A stretch of DNA of 37,607 nt, from IMG/VR virus record IMGVR_UViG_2636415906_000005; one strand, given 5' to 3'. Of the stretch, positions 8,799 through 16,746 are shown in pieces. Each line of letters opens with the position of its first letter. Positions within the stretch are counted from its first letter, which is position 1. Under the pieces are notes generated by a model, which worked only from the letters and a program-made list of their open reading frames with translations, had not been told where the DNA came from and did not search any database. Made by a program: the position numbers and the translations under genes. The DNA comes from a virus (Duplodnaviria; Heunggongvirae; Uroviricota; Caudoviricetes).

Positions 8799-9821
8799 AT
8801 GAGCAGGATGATAATTGATACAAATATTCTTTACTCACTAGTTGGTCTGTCGACAAACCAAAAAATAATTAACTCCCCTATAGATCAATTCAAATTATCC
8901 ATTACGACACCATCACTCATAGAAGTGATCTCTAAATATTGCAATGACTTAGGGGCTGTAAAAAAATGCATTAGCCCAATCATAAACGGAAATATTGAAC
9001 TAATTAGCATTGGTCATACTCCAATCTCAAATGAATTTCTTTATAGGTTGCATTTTTCAGACAAAATAGACGAAGTAAAAGATATTATTGATAATGTTAG
9101 AGCACTAAAAATATCTAGAGAGGCTGAGTTTTATAGGTTCATACTCATACTGGTTGTCTCTGGTTTGTTTGAGGTTATTAGAGAAGATGGATACAAGTTT
9201 GATAACGATGTACAAAATCAAAGTCAACTTAGTCTTGTGCAGACTCTACTTGAATCTAATATGGAATTAATTTTAGACTTCTTTAAAGATGAGTTGCGGA
9301 ATGGATATATTAATGGAAATGAGCAGCAATCAGCTTTGAAAGCTTTTGAAACCATGCTTATCGGACTCCTACATGCTTTTCATGTCAACTATCATATGAT
9401 TAAAACTGACACAGTTAACATTTCCGGAAGCCAAGACAGACTCAAAAATCTGTATGATAGTATAAAAAATGATAATTTTGATAAAAAGTTTAAAAAATAT
9501 ATGGAGAATCCAATATCCCTTGCCTGCAAAAAAAAACACGAATCAGTAGTTGATAACTACCTGAAAGAAATGGAGGAGGGGATTTCTGGCGCTCGTGGGC
9601 TTACTAAGAATTCGTTGAGCTTTCTAATGAGCAAGGTTGAGGATGCATATAAAAATGGTCGTAAATTACGAAAAAATGACATATTTGACTTTCTAATAGT
9701 TATTTCTCTAAATATGCCAGACACTTTGATTTTAACACTTGATAAAGGTTTTTTAAAAGACCTTAAAGATCTTCACCCTAACAGCTATAAAAAGTGTCTG
9801 GATTTCGGTTTTGTAAATTAA
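8799..9821 (+). CDS. Hypothetical 340-aa protein in an AT-rich cargo island; possible split PIN-like nuclease (candidate defense/accessory gene)
   Basis: ATG at 8799 with AAGGAG 7 nt upstream. The N-terminus MSRMIIDTNILYSLVG resembles the first PIN-domain strand with its conserved Asp; the C-terminus NDIFDFLIVISLNMPDTLILTLDKGF resembles the C-terminal PIN acidic motifs. Coding sequence is visibly AT-rich compared with the flanking phage genes (GC not computed). Confidence 0.65.
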   Translation: MSRMIIDTNILYSLVGLSTNQKIINSPIDQFKLSITTPSLIEVISKYCNDLGAVKKCISPIINGNIELISIGHTPISNEFLYRLHFSDKIDEVKDIIDNVRALKISREAEFYRFILILVVSGLFEVIREDGYKFDNDVQNQSQLSLVQTLLESNMELILDFFKDELRNGYINGNEQQSALKAFETMLIGLLHAFHVNYHMIKTDTVNISGSQDRLKNLYDSIKNDNFDKKFKKYMENPISLACKKKHESVVDNYLKEMEEGISGARGLTKNSLSFLMSKVEDAYKNGRKLRKNDIFDFLIVISLNMPDTLILTLDKGFLKDLKDLHPNSYKKCLDFGFVN

Positions 9822-9846
9822 AAATATATTGATGTAAAATAAAACG

Positions 9847-9915
9847 CACCCACATTTAACTTAGCTAGACTATATCCTTCAATTATTCTATCTGCTTTTT
9901 GTTAAATGTGGGGTT
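9847..9915. repeat. Inverted repeat CCCACATTTAAC / GTTAAATGTGGG (12-bp arms, about 45-nt spacer) just downstream of the 340-aa gene
   Basis: Perfect 12-bp arms read directly from the sequence; could form a long stem-loop terminator or structured RNA element. Coordinates approximate. Confidence 0.6.
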
Positions 9916-10403
9916 GCAGATGTTACGAGTCAATTAAATTTGCAAGTCAGGTAGAATTGATAAGAATTGCAATACGAATCCGTGAACATTAATGCTAACG
10001 CTAAGTATACGAAAGATATTGTAAATATACTTCTTTTTTTGTTTTTAAGTTCTTTTATTTGACAGTAGTTCCATCATTCAATTGCGTATTATCTTCCAAT
10101 GCCAGTGACACTCCCTCATTATGAGAGGATTGTGGTAATCAAAAGAAAAATTAATATCACGCCAAGAATATTCGAAACCAACCCTATGGTGTTAAGTCCT
10201 GGTGATGTCATTTAGTTTGCTCTAGGTTTATTATTCAGAAAGCAAAGAATATTCGTTAAATTATTATGTTAGCTTTAATTATTAAAAAACATGTTAATTA
10301 TCATCAAATGAGCACTTATCATCATTTTAGTCAAAGAGGTAGTGAGTATTCATTCTGGATCATAACTGCCTTCCTGTTTACGCTAGTGTTTTTTAAAGTC
10401 GAT

Positions 10404-10427
10404 GTCCGCTCATCGCTCAAAGCGGAC
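10404..10427. repeat. Hairpin GTCCGC-N12-GCGGAC (right flank of AT-rich island)
   Basis: Same 6-bp stem and 12-nt loop architecture as 8697-8720, in direct orientation, at the other end of the AT-rich segment. Confidence 0.7.
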
Positions 10428-10679
10428 TAGAAGGTTAGCTTGTGTCGGACTTTGCGTATTAAATGACTAGTGGTTGAGCCCCATTTCCACAGAAAAAATC
10501 AGAGAAACTATACCCAATAGTTGTATTGAATCACTGACGAGACAGCCTCATATTCATCAGGACTGGTGTACGTCCAATACAGGAGGTTGTGGTGCTGGTT
10601 CTCAAATGTGCGCTGGCTATTACGGCTGTAATGGCGATTTATTGTCTTGCTATTGTTCTTATGGATCGCCTTTCTGACT

Positions 10680-10892
10680 GATTTCACATTGGCGAGGTAA
10701 CGGTAGTTAAGTAGAATGGCTGCGGGTGCTTGAGGCTATCTGCCTCGGGCATGAACACCAACGGCAGATAGAGAAAAGCCCCAGTTAACATTACGCGTCC
10801 TGCAAGACGCTTAACATTAATCTGAGGCCAATTTCATGCTAGACACATGTAGGTTAGCCTCTTACGTGCCGAAAGGCAAGGAGAAGCAGGCT
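10680..10892 (+). promoter_or_regulatory. hok mRNA leader with overlapping mok-like frame (from 10836) and expected Sok-antisense target region
   Basis: Upstream of hokD there is an overlapping ORF starting at 10836 (MLDTCRLASYVPKGKEKQA...), the mok-like arrangement, and a 9-bp inverted repeat CTATCTGCC...GGCAGATAG typical of structured hok leaders. The Sok promoter itself was not pinpointed. Confidence 0.4.
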
Positions 10893-11048
10893 ATGAAGCA
10901 GCAAAAGGCGATGTTAATCGCCCTGATCGTCATCTGTTTAACCGTCATAGTGACGGCACTGGTAACGAGGAAAGACCTCTGCGAGGTACGAATCCGAACC
11001 GGGCAGACGGAGGTCGCTGTCTTCACAGCTTACGAACCTGAGGAGTAA
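10893..11048 (+). CDS. hokD: Hok/Gef family type I toxin HokD (RelF)
   Basis: 51-aa product MKQQKAMLIALIVICLTVIVTALVTRKDLCEVRIRTGQTEVAVFTAYEPEE, which I recognise as HokD/RelF; followed by a fold-back repeat CGAGGGAgaaaTCCCTCG and an intrinsic terminator. Confidence 0.9.
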   Translation: MKQQKAMLIALIVICLTVIVTALVTRKDLCEVRIRTGQTEVAVFTAYEPEE

Positions 11049-11118
11049 GAGACCCGGCGAGGGAGAAATCCCTCGCCACCTCTGATGTGGCAGGCATCCT
11101 CAACGCACCCGCACTTAA

Positions 11119-11140
11119 CCCGCTTCGGCGGGTTTTTGTT
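11119..11140 (+). terminator. Rho-independent terminator after hokD
   Basis: CCCGC-ttcg-GCGGG hairpin followed by TTTTTGTTTTT. Confidence 0.6.
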
Positions 11141-11264
11141 TTTATTTTCAACGCGTTTGAAGTTCTGGACGGTGCCGGAATAGAATCAAAAATACTTAAG
11201 TAGCGCGCAGGGATAAGAGGGATGGTCCCGTAAAGGGGAGAGCTAATTATCCGGAAGGATTCTG

Positions 11265-11516
11265 ATGATGAACATCGAAGAACTGCGTAAAATTTTTTGT
11301 GAAGATGGCCTCTATGCGGTGTGCGTTGAAAATGGAAATCTTGTTAGTCATTACCGCATTATGTGTTTGCGAAAGAATGGGGCTGCGTTAATTAATTTTG
11401 TGGATGGTCGAGTGACAGACGGATTTATCTTGCGCGAAGGTGAGTTTGTCACTTCATTACAGGCACTGAAAGAGATCGGAATAAAAGCAGGCTTTTCAGC
11501 TTTTGCAGAAGAATAA
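11265..11516 (+). CDS. Hypothetical 83-aa protein (Rem-like by size and position next to hokD)
   Basis: ORF MMNIEELRKIFCEDGLYAVC...; K-12 Qin carries an 83-aa rem gene adjacent to hokD, but I cannot confirm sequence identity from memory. Confidence 0.45.
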   Translation: MMNIEELRKIFCEDGLYAVCVENGNLVSHYRIMCLRKNGAALINFVDGRVTDGFILREGEFVTSLQALKEIGIKAGFSAFAEE

Positions 11517-11582
11517 ACTCATCTACAATCTTGCGCGGGGCTGAACTCCCGCTGAGTAACACCGTGCCACCGGAGAAAACCG

Positions 11583-11861
11583 ATGGCACGCAACGTAAAA
11601 TATTACAATTCTGATAATTCGCCCGTTCTTGCCTGCACGCACGAGCGGTATTCTCACGCATTCAAGTCTGAATGGTTCCAACACCCTCCATGCACTGAAG
11701 AGCAGGCTGAATGGATAATTCAGTGTTACCGCAGGCGCGGATACGAGGTTAAGAAAGCCCTTAGTCTCGACTACCGTCACTGGATAATCTCAGTCAGATT
11801 GCCTTACTCCGAACGCCCACCACGTGCGTCCCGCACTTTCCAGCAACGGATCTGGAGGTAA
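11583..11861 (+). CDS. Hypothetical 92-aa protein
   Basis: ORF with protein-like composition upstream of, and overlapping the annotated start of, the DUF968 gene; could alternatively be a frameshifted 5' part of it. Confidence 0.4.
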   Translation: MARNVKYYNSDNSPVLACTHERYSHAFKSEWFQHPPCTEEQAEWIIQCYRRRGYEVKKALSLDYRHWIISVRLPYSERPPRASRTFQQRIWR

Positions 11862-12912
11862 CGTGCGGGTATTACTTAGACCTGTTCTGGTGCCTGAGCT
11901 TGGGCTGGTGGTCCTTAAGCCGGGCCGTGAATCCATACAGATATTTCATAATCCTCGAGTGCTGGTGGAACCGGAACCAAAAAGCATGCGTAATCTGCCA
12001 TCCGGAGTCGTTCCTGCCGTTGGCCAGCCGCTGGCGGAAGACAAAACATTGCTGCCGTTTTTTAGTAACGCACGGGTAATTCGTGCTGCTGGTGGTGCTG
12101 GTGCATTGTCTGACTGGCTGTTGCGCCATATTAAATCCTGCCAGTGGCCACACGGCGATTATCATCACAGCGAAACCGTTATTCACCGTTATGGTACCGG
12201 CGCAATGGTGTTGTGCTGGCACTGCGACAACCAGCTGCGTGACCAGACATCCGAATCACTCGAGCAACTTGCTCATCAAAATCTGTCAGCATGGATGATT
12301 GACGTCATCGGTCACGCAATAAGCGGTACGCAGGAGCGTGAATTATCTCTGGCTGAATTATCCTGGTGGGCGGTCCGCAATCAGGTGGCGGACGCGCTAC
12401 CGGAAGCGGTATTACGTCGTTCGCTGGGGTTGCGTGCGGAAAAAATCCGCTCAATGTACCGTGAAAGCGACATCGTACCGGGAGAGCAGACCGCCACCAG
12501 CATACTGAAACAGCGCACAAAAAATCTTGCGCCGCTGCCTCACGCCCACCAGCAACAGAACCCACCACAGGAAAAGACGGTGGTCAGCATTGCCGTTGAT
12601 CCTGAGTCTCCGGAATCTTTCATGAAACGACCTAAACGTCGCCGCTGGGTTAACGAGAAATACACACGCTGGGTGAAGACACAGCCGTGTGCGTGTTGTG
12701 GTAAGCCAGCCGACGATCCCCATCACCTGATTGGTCATGGTCAGGGCGGAATGGGGACAAAATCTCACGATATTTTCACGCTACCGCTGTGTCGGGAGCA
12801 TCACAACGAGCTTCATGCGGATCCTCTGGCGTTCGAAGAAAAGCATGGTTCTCAGGTTGATTTAATTTTTCGTTTTCTTGATCACGCCTTTGCAACTGGC
12901 GTGCTTGGGTAA
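11824..12912 (+). CDS. ydfU: DUF968 family protein (YdfU-like) with C-terminal HNH-like zinc-binding motif
   Basis: C-terminus CACCGKPADDPHHLIGHGQGGMGTKSHDIFTLPLCREHHNELH carries a CxxC...HH...C..HH..H pattern typical of HNH/DUF968 proteins; this is the position occupied by ydfU in Qin. True start codon uncertain (possibly the Met at 11986). Confidence 0.65.
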   Translation: MRPALSSNGSGGNVRVLLRPVLVPELGLVVLKPGRESIQIFHNPRVLVEPEPKSMRNLPSGVVPAVGQPLAEDKTLLPFFSNARVIRAAGGAGALSDWLLRHIKSCQWPHGDYHHSETVIHRYGTGAMVLCWHCDNQLRDQTSESLEQLAHQNLSAWMIDVIGHAISGTQERELSLAELSWWAVRNQVADALPEAVLRRSLGLRAEKIRSMYRESDIVPGEQTATSILKQRTKNLAPLPHAHQQQNPPQEKTVVSIAVDPESPESFMKRPKRRRWVNEKYTRWVKTQPCACCGKPADDPHHLIGHGQGGMGTKSHDIFTLPLCREHHNELHADPLAFEEKHGSQVDLIFRFLDHAFATGVLG

Positions 12913-12924
12913 AAGAGGTGAGTG

Positions 12925-13299
12925 ATGCTCATAGATTTGGTTTTACCTTACCCGCCGACGGTGAACACTTACTGGCGACGCCGTGGCAGCACATATTTTA
13001 TCTCGGAGGAGGGAAAGCGTTATCGCCGGGCTGTGGCGCTTATTGTTCGCCAGCAGCGGCTGAAATTAAGCCTGTCCGGAAGGCTGGCGATAAAGGTGAT
13101 TGCAGAGCCACCGGATAAGCGTCGTCGCGACCTGGACAATATCCTGAAAGCACCGCTGGATGCGCTGACGCATGCGGGAGTGTTAATGGACGATGAGCAG
13201 TTTGATGAAATCAATATCGTTCGTGGTCAGCCAGTATCTGGTGGACGTCTGGGGGTGAAGATTTACCCCATAATGCATGAAGAGCAGGTCAAAAAATGA
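12925..13299 (+). CDS. rusA: Crossover junction endodeoxyribonuclease RusA (Holliday junction resolvase)
   Basis: 124-aa product with the RusA-family blocks PPTVNTYWRRRG and DKRRRDLDNILKAPLDALTHAGVLMDD; AAGAGG ribosome-binding site 6 nt before the ATG; standard NinR-region position before Q. Confidence 0.85.
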   Translation: MLIDLVLPYPPTVNTYWRRRGSTYFISEEGKRYRRAVALIVRQQRLKLSLSGRLAIKVIAEPPDKRRRDLDNILKAPLDALTHAGVLMDDEQFDEINIVRGQPVSGGRLGVKIYPIMHEEQVKK

Positions 13300-14117
13300 A
13301 ACTGGAAGATTTACCGAAATACTACTCCCCAAAATCCCCTTGCCTGACCGATGCATCGGCCTCAACGTCAAAAGATGCGCTGAGTATCACTGATGTGATG
13401 GCCGCGCAGGGCATGACACAGAATCGGGCTGAGATGGGGTTTTCTGCGTTCCTGGGGAAAATGGGCATCAGTATGAATGACAGGGCGCGGGCAACAGAAT
13501 TACTGGCAGATTATGCACTCAGTCGGTGCGATCGTGTGGCGGCGTTGAGAAAACTTCCGGTAGAAATAAAACCGTTAGTGATGCGCATTATGGCTTCGTA
13601 CGCTTTTGAGGATTATGCCCGCAGCGCAGCGAGTAAAAAGCAGTGCCCTTGTTGCTATGGGGAAAAATTTATTGAAAGCGTAGTTTTTACAAACAAGGTC
13701 CAGTATCCGGATGGTAAGCCGCCGGTATGGGCAAAGTGTACGAAAGGTGTGTATCCGTCTTACTGGGAAGAATGGAAAAAAGTCAGGGAGGTGGTAAAAG
13801 TTGCCTGTCCGGAGTGTGGCGGAAAGGGTGAGGTTTCCACCGTCTGTAAGGATTGCCGTGGGCGTGGTGTCGCCATTCACCGTGAAGAGTCGGTAAAACG
13901 TGGTATGCCTGTTATCAGAGACTGCCAGCGTTGTGGTGGTCGTGGCTATGAAAGACTACCATCAACGGAGGCATTTAATGCTATATGCGAGGTGACAAAC
14001 CAGATAACACGCGCGTCATGGGAAAAAACAGTTAAGAAATTCTATGATGCGCTGGTGACCCGGTTTGATATTGAAGAAGCATGGGCTGAGCGGCAGTTAA
14101 AAAAGGTAACTAGGTAA
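13296..14117 (+). CDS. Putative late-gene antiterminator (Q-like) with DnaJ-type zinc-finger repeats
   Basis: 273-aa ORF whose start overlaps the rusA stop; contains repeated CxxCxGxG motifs (CPECGGKG, CKDCRGRG, CQRCGGRG); positioned immediately before a tR'-like terminator, tRNA genes and the lysis cassette. Confidence 0.6.
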   Translation: MKLEDLPKYYSPKSPCLTDASASTSKDALSITDVMAAQGMTQNRAEMGFSAFLGKMGISMNDRARATELLADYALSRCDRVAALRKLPVEIKPLVMRIMASYAFEDYARSAASKKQCPCCYGEKFIESVVFTNKVQYPDGKPPVWAKCTKGVYPSYWEEWKKVREVVKVACPECGGKGEVSTVCKDCRGRGVAIHREESVKRGMPVIRDCQRCGGRGYERLPSTEAFNAICEVTNQITRASWEKTVKKFYDALVTRFDIEEAWAERQLKKVTR

Positions 14118-14199
14118 CAAGGTTGATTTTTCCGGAATCTGTGGTAAATTCGTCATAACGATGGGCTTTTTATACCTGACGTTAGAAGAGTTTCTACAA

Positions 14200-14222
14200 C
14201 CCGCCACCGAGCGGGTTTTTTA
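14200..14222 (+). terminator. Rho-independent terminator downstream of Q (tR'-like)
   Basis: CCCGC-caccga-GCGGG hairpin followed by TTTTTTATT, about 85 bp after the Q-like stop. Confidence 0.55.
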
Positions 14223-14260
14223 TTGCGGAATTAATTACGGACCGTTATTATTCTGCTCCC

Positions 14261-14336
14261 GGTCCTTTAGCTCAGTGGTGAGAGCGAGCGACTCATAATC
14301 GCCAGGTCGCTGGTTCAAATCCAGCAAGGGCCACCA
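14261..14336 (+). tRNA. tRNA with anticodon CAU, most similar to tRNA-Ile2 (lysidine, ileX/ileZ-like); tRNA-Met not excluded
   Basis: 76-nt cloverleaf folded by hand: acceptor GGTCCTT/AAGGGCC, D-arm TAGCTCAGTGGTGAGAGC, anticodon loop CTCATAA, T-arm GCTGG-TTCAAAT-CCAGC, 3' CCA; resembles my memory of E. coli tRNA-Ile2. Confidence 0.85.
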
Positions 14337-14398
14337 TCACAAACCGCCATGAGCTTATCAGGAAGAGCAGACGACACGATAACAGGGTTGTTGGTGGC

Positions 14399-14412
14399 GG
14401 GGGGGGGGGGGG
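14399..14412. repeat. Homopolymeric G tract (about 14 G) between the two tRNA genes
   Basis: GGCGGGGGGGGGGGGGGCGGG read directly from 14397-14416. Confidence 0.9.
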
Positions 14413-14446
14413 CGGGTCCCCGATGGCGGTCCATTATCGGTATTCA

Positions 14447-14523
14447 GCGTTGTTAGCTCAGCCGGACAGAGCAATTGCCTTCTAAGCAATCGGTCACTGG
14501 TTCGAATCCAGTACAGCGCGCCA
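14447..14523 (+). tRNA. tRNA-Arg (anticodon UCU)
   Basis: 77-nt cloverleaf: acceptor GCGTTGT/ACAGCGC, anticodon stem ATTGC/GCAAT with loop CTTCTAA, T-arm ACTGG-TTCGAAT-CCAGT, 3' GCCA. Confidence 0.85.
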
Positions 14524-14633
14524 TATTCATTCTTCCAGATTCCTTCCGGCAGAGCCTTATACTGGAATATACCTGGCTCAGGATATTGTTGAAAATATTA
14601 TATGTTTGTCAAAAATAAAAGTTCTGTTAAGTA

Positions 14634-14987
14634 TTGATTGAGTGTTTGTTATACGGTCTAATGGTTTTTTCAGCATTAAATATTTATCATTCATATGGTG
14701 TGGGTAGAGTGAATATTGATGAGGCGTCGGGGTGTTTCATCCTTAGGCAGCGTATTGATATAGTCAATGCAGCACGAGCAAAGGCCTTCAGCCGTTTGAC
14801 AGTTTTGTTCTGTGCTCCTGATCGTCTTTCGGGAAGAGACGTTATTATTCTGAATAGTGATGCTATACAGAGGGTTTGCGATGAGTTCATGGTTGCTAAT
14901 TCAGAATTATTTGCTCTTGTTCAGGAGTACAACAGAATAGCCAGGACCTGTGGTATGGATGAACTTCGGATTACTCATCTGGGGTAG
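14634..14987 (+). CDS. Hypothetical protein downstream of the tRNA genes (start uncertain)
   Basis: 117-aa track ORF with no strong ribosome-binding site identified; sits in the cargo position between Q/tRNAs and the lysis genes. Confidence 0.35.
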   Translation: MIECLLYGLMVFSALNIYHSYGVGRVNIDEASGCFILRQRIDIVNAARAKAFSRLTVLFCAPDRLSGRDVIILNSDAIQRVCDEFMVANSELFALVQEYNRIARTCGMDELRITHLG

Positions 14988-15520
14988 ATACATATCTGGA
15001 TTATCACCTGTTACGGTAAAAAGTGATTGCTTACTGTTTTTGTGAATGGCATTGCAGCAGCCGGATAATGTCAGTGCTGGCTGACGGTGTGCTGGTGGCG
15101 GGTGTGGTGGTTGTTGCTTTCCCGTTGCTGAAAAAGAAAACGCCAGACTGTTAGCCGGGTATCAGTTAGCGGGAGAAATTTTTAAATACTTCACAATTCA
15201 GGCGGTTGACTGTTCTCTGGTTTGCGGGGAGTTTGTTAAAAGAAACTGGCATGGTGAATCCCCCTGTGCGGAGGGGCAATCAGCGAGTAGGTATATGGGA
15301 TAATCGCGGATTCAGGTGCTGGTACTGAATTCACCGGGAGGCACCCGGCACCATGCACTTCAATAGATTCTCTCCACATTATGGATATTCTTTCAGAATA
15401 TCCCACGCAGACTTTGTGTAAATGTTAACAAATGTGCGTTTTATTTGATCTGATTCGCTGTTTGAGCGTCCAAAACAACGGTATATATAATCCTTTACTA
15501 TATGACATATGTGAGGAAAA

Positions 15521-15949
15521 ATGGGTTTTCGTAGCGCATCAATTCTTACGTTGATTATTAGTGGGATTATTATCGGGTGCACTGATGCTGTATCGACAAA
15601 TTATCATGACCGTACATCATATTACTCCGATAAAGCAATAGAGACACAGTATGTGAGTTTATCTGAACGTACTTCTGATGTTAGTGAGGATATCCGTCTG
15701 TATGCCCATCAAATCAAGAGCGCCATCGAAAAACAGTTCGGGGATGCGAGTAAGTATTCAGGAAAAGAGTGTACACTGAGAATGCATATGGCCCCGAATG
15801 GCCTTCTACTGGAGGTTAAAAGAGAAAGTGGAGACCTCGATTTATGTCGTGAAGCGATGAATGCGATAAAGAATGCTGATATACCTGCCCCCCCTTCGCC
15901 GGAAGTATATAAAGTATTTCAAAATGGGGTGCTGGATTTTAAACCCTGA
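15521..15949 (+). CDS. Lipoprotein with TolA C-terminal (domain III)-like fold
   Basis: Signal peptide with lipobox-like IIGC; the C-terminal 85 aa (YAHQIKSAIEKQFGDASKYSGKECTLRMHMAPNGLLLEVKRESGDLDLCREAMNAIKNADIPAPPSPEVYKVFQNGVLDFKP) aligns closely with my recollection of E. coli TolA domain III; GAGGA ribosome-binding site before the ATG. Confidence 0.75.
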   Translation: MGFRSASILTLIISGIIIGCTDAVSTNYHDRTSYYSDKAIETQYVSLSERTSDVSEDIRLYAHQIKSAIEKQFGDASKYSGKECTLRMHMAPNGLLLEVKRESGDLDLCREAMNAIKNADIPAPPSPEVYKVFQNGVLDFKP

Positions 15950-16099
15950 TATTTATTGTTTTGTAATAAACGGTTTCGGCTTAGGTTTGTTCTGACACAA
16001 CTACGGCACTGAGCTAAATCTAGCGGATAGTCAGCTCTGAGCCAGTGGCGGACGTAACAACTACTATTGCTGAGATTTTAATGGATTGAGGAGCAAGAA

Positions 16100-16495
16100 G
16101 TGGGATTAAAGAAAATCGTTATGTTGACTTTTTGGGTCAGTTTTGTTGCGGGATGCACACCTTTACACCCTTCAGATTGCCACAAAACTACTGCTACAGG
16201 TAGTTGCAGTTCAGGACGCTGGGATGATCAGGATGAATGGGGGGCGCAAGCGCGGGGAATCAGAGCTGCAATTAATGCCAAACTTGATGAGCCGCATAAC
16301 TGGAAAGGGAAAAAATGCAGGTTGCATATGGAATTCTCTCAGGATGGCACGGCGTTAAAAATATCTACCAGTAACGGTGATAAAGCCTATTGCGAAGCGA
16401 TAAAGTCCGCAGCTCATAAAGCCAAATTTCCGGCCTTCAACAATCCGGAAGTCTACAGAGATTTTCAGAAATCTGGCTTTGACATGCGAGGTTAG
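16100..16495 (+). CDS. Paralogous lipoprotein with divergent TolA domain III-like region
   Basis: GTG start after GAGGAG; signal peptide with lipobox VAGC; conserved skeleton GKKCRLHMEF..DG.ALKI....GD.AYCEAI.SAA.KAKFPAF..PEVYRDFQ shared with the upstream paralog. Confidence 0.7.
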   Translation: MGLKKIVMLTFWVSFVAGCTPLHPSDCHKTTATGSCSSGRWDDQDEWGAQARGIRAAINAKLDEPHNWKGKKCRLHMEFSQDGTALKISTSNGDKAYCEAIKSAAHKAKFPAFNNPEVYRDFQKSGFDMRG

Positions 16496-16620
16496 CTCTT
16501 CAATTACTATATCTCATTCATAGCAAACTGACAGATTTGATGATGTTCTATATACGAAACCTGTGATGTCAAGTCTGAGCTAATACAAATAAACATAATA
16601 TCAGAGAAATACATTTTATT

Positions 16621-16643
16621 AGCTCGCTACGGCGAGCTTTTTA
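16621..16643 (+). terminator. Rho-independent terminator between the lipoprotein genes and the lysis cassette
   Basis: AGCTCGC-tacg-GCGAGCT hairpin followed by TTTTT. Confidence 0.6.
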
Positions 16644-16746
16644 TATTGCATCGTCTCCAGCATATATATCAATTAAGGCTCTGATTGATGTGTCTGGAAG
16701 CCTACACATAATAACTATGCCATCCGTTCCGTGCGGAGGTGAGGCT

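Noticed and set aside
10836-11048. Considered calling the 70-aa track ORF as the HokD CDS
   Set aside because: The known Hok-family product is the 51-aa protein starting at the internal Met (10893); the longer frame is better explained as the overlapping mok-like leader frame.
14540-15520. Looked for Shiga toxin stxA/stxB downstream of the tRNA genes
   Set aside because: No ORFs with A-subunit (about 315 aa) or B-subunit (about 89 aa, signal peptide) characteristics are present; the slot holds unknown cargo and TolA-like lipoproteins instead.
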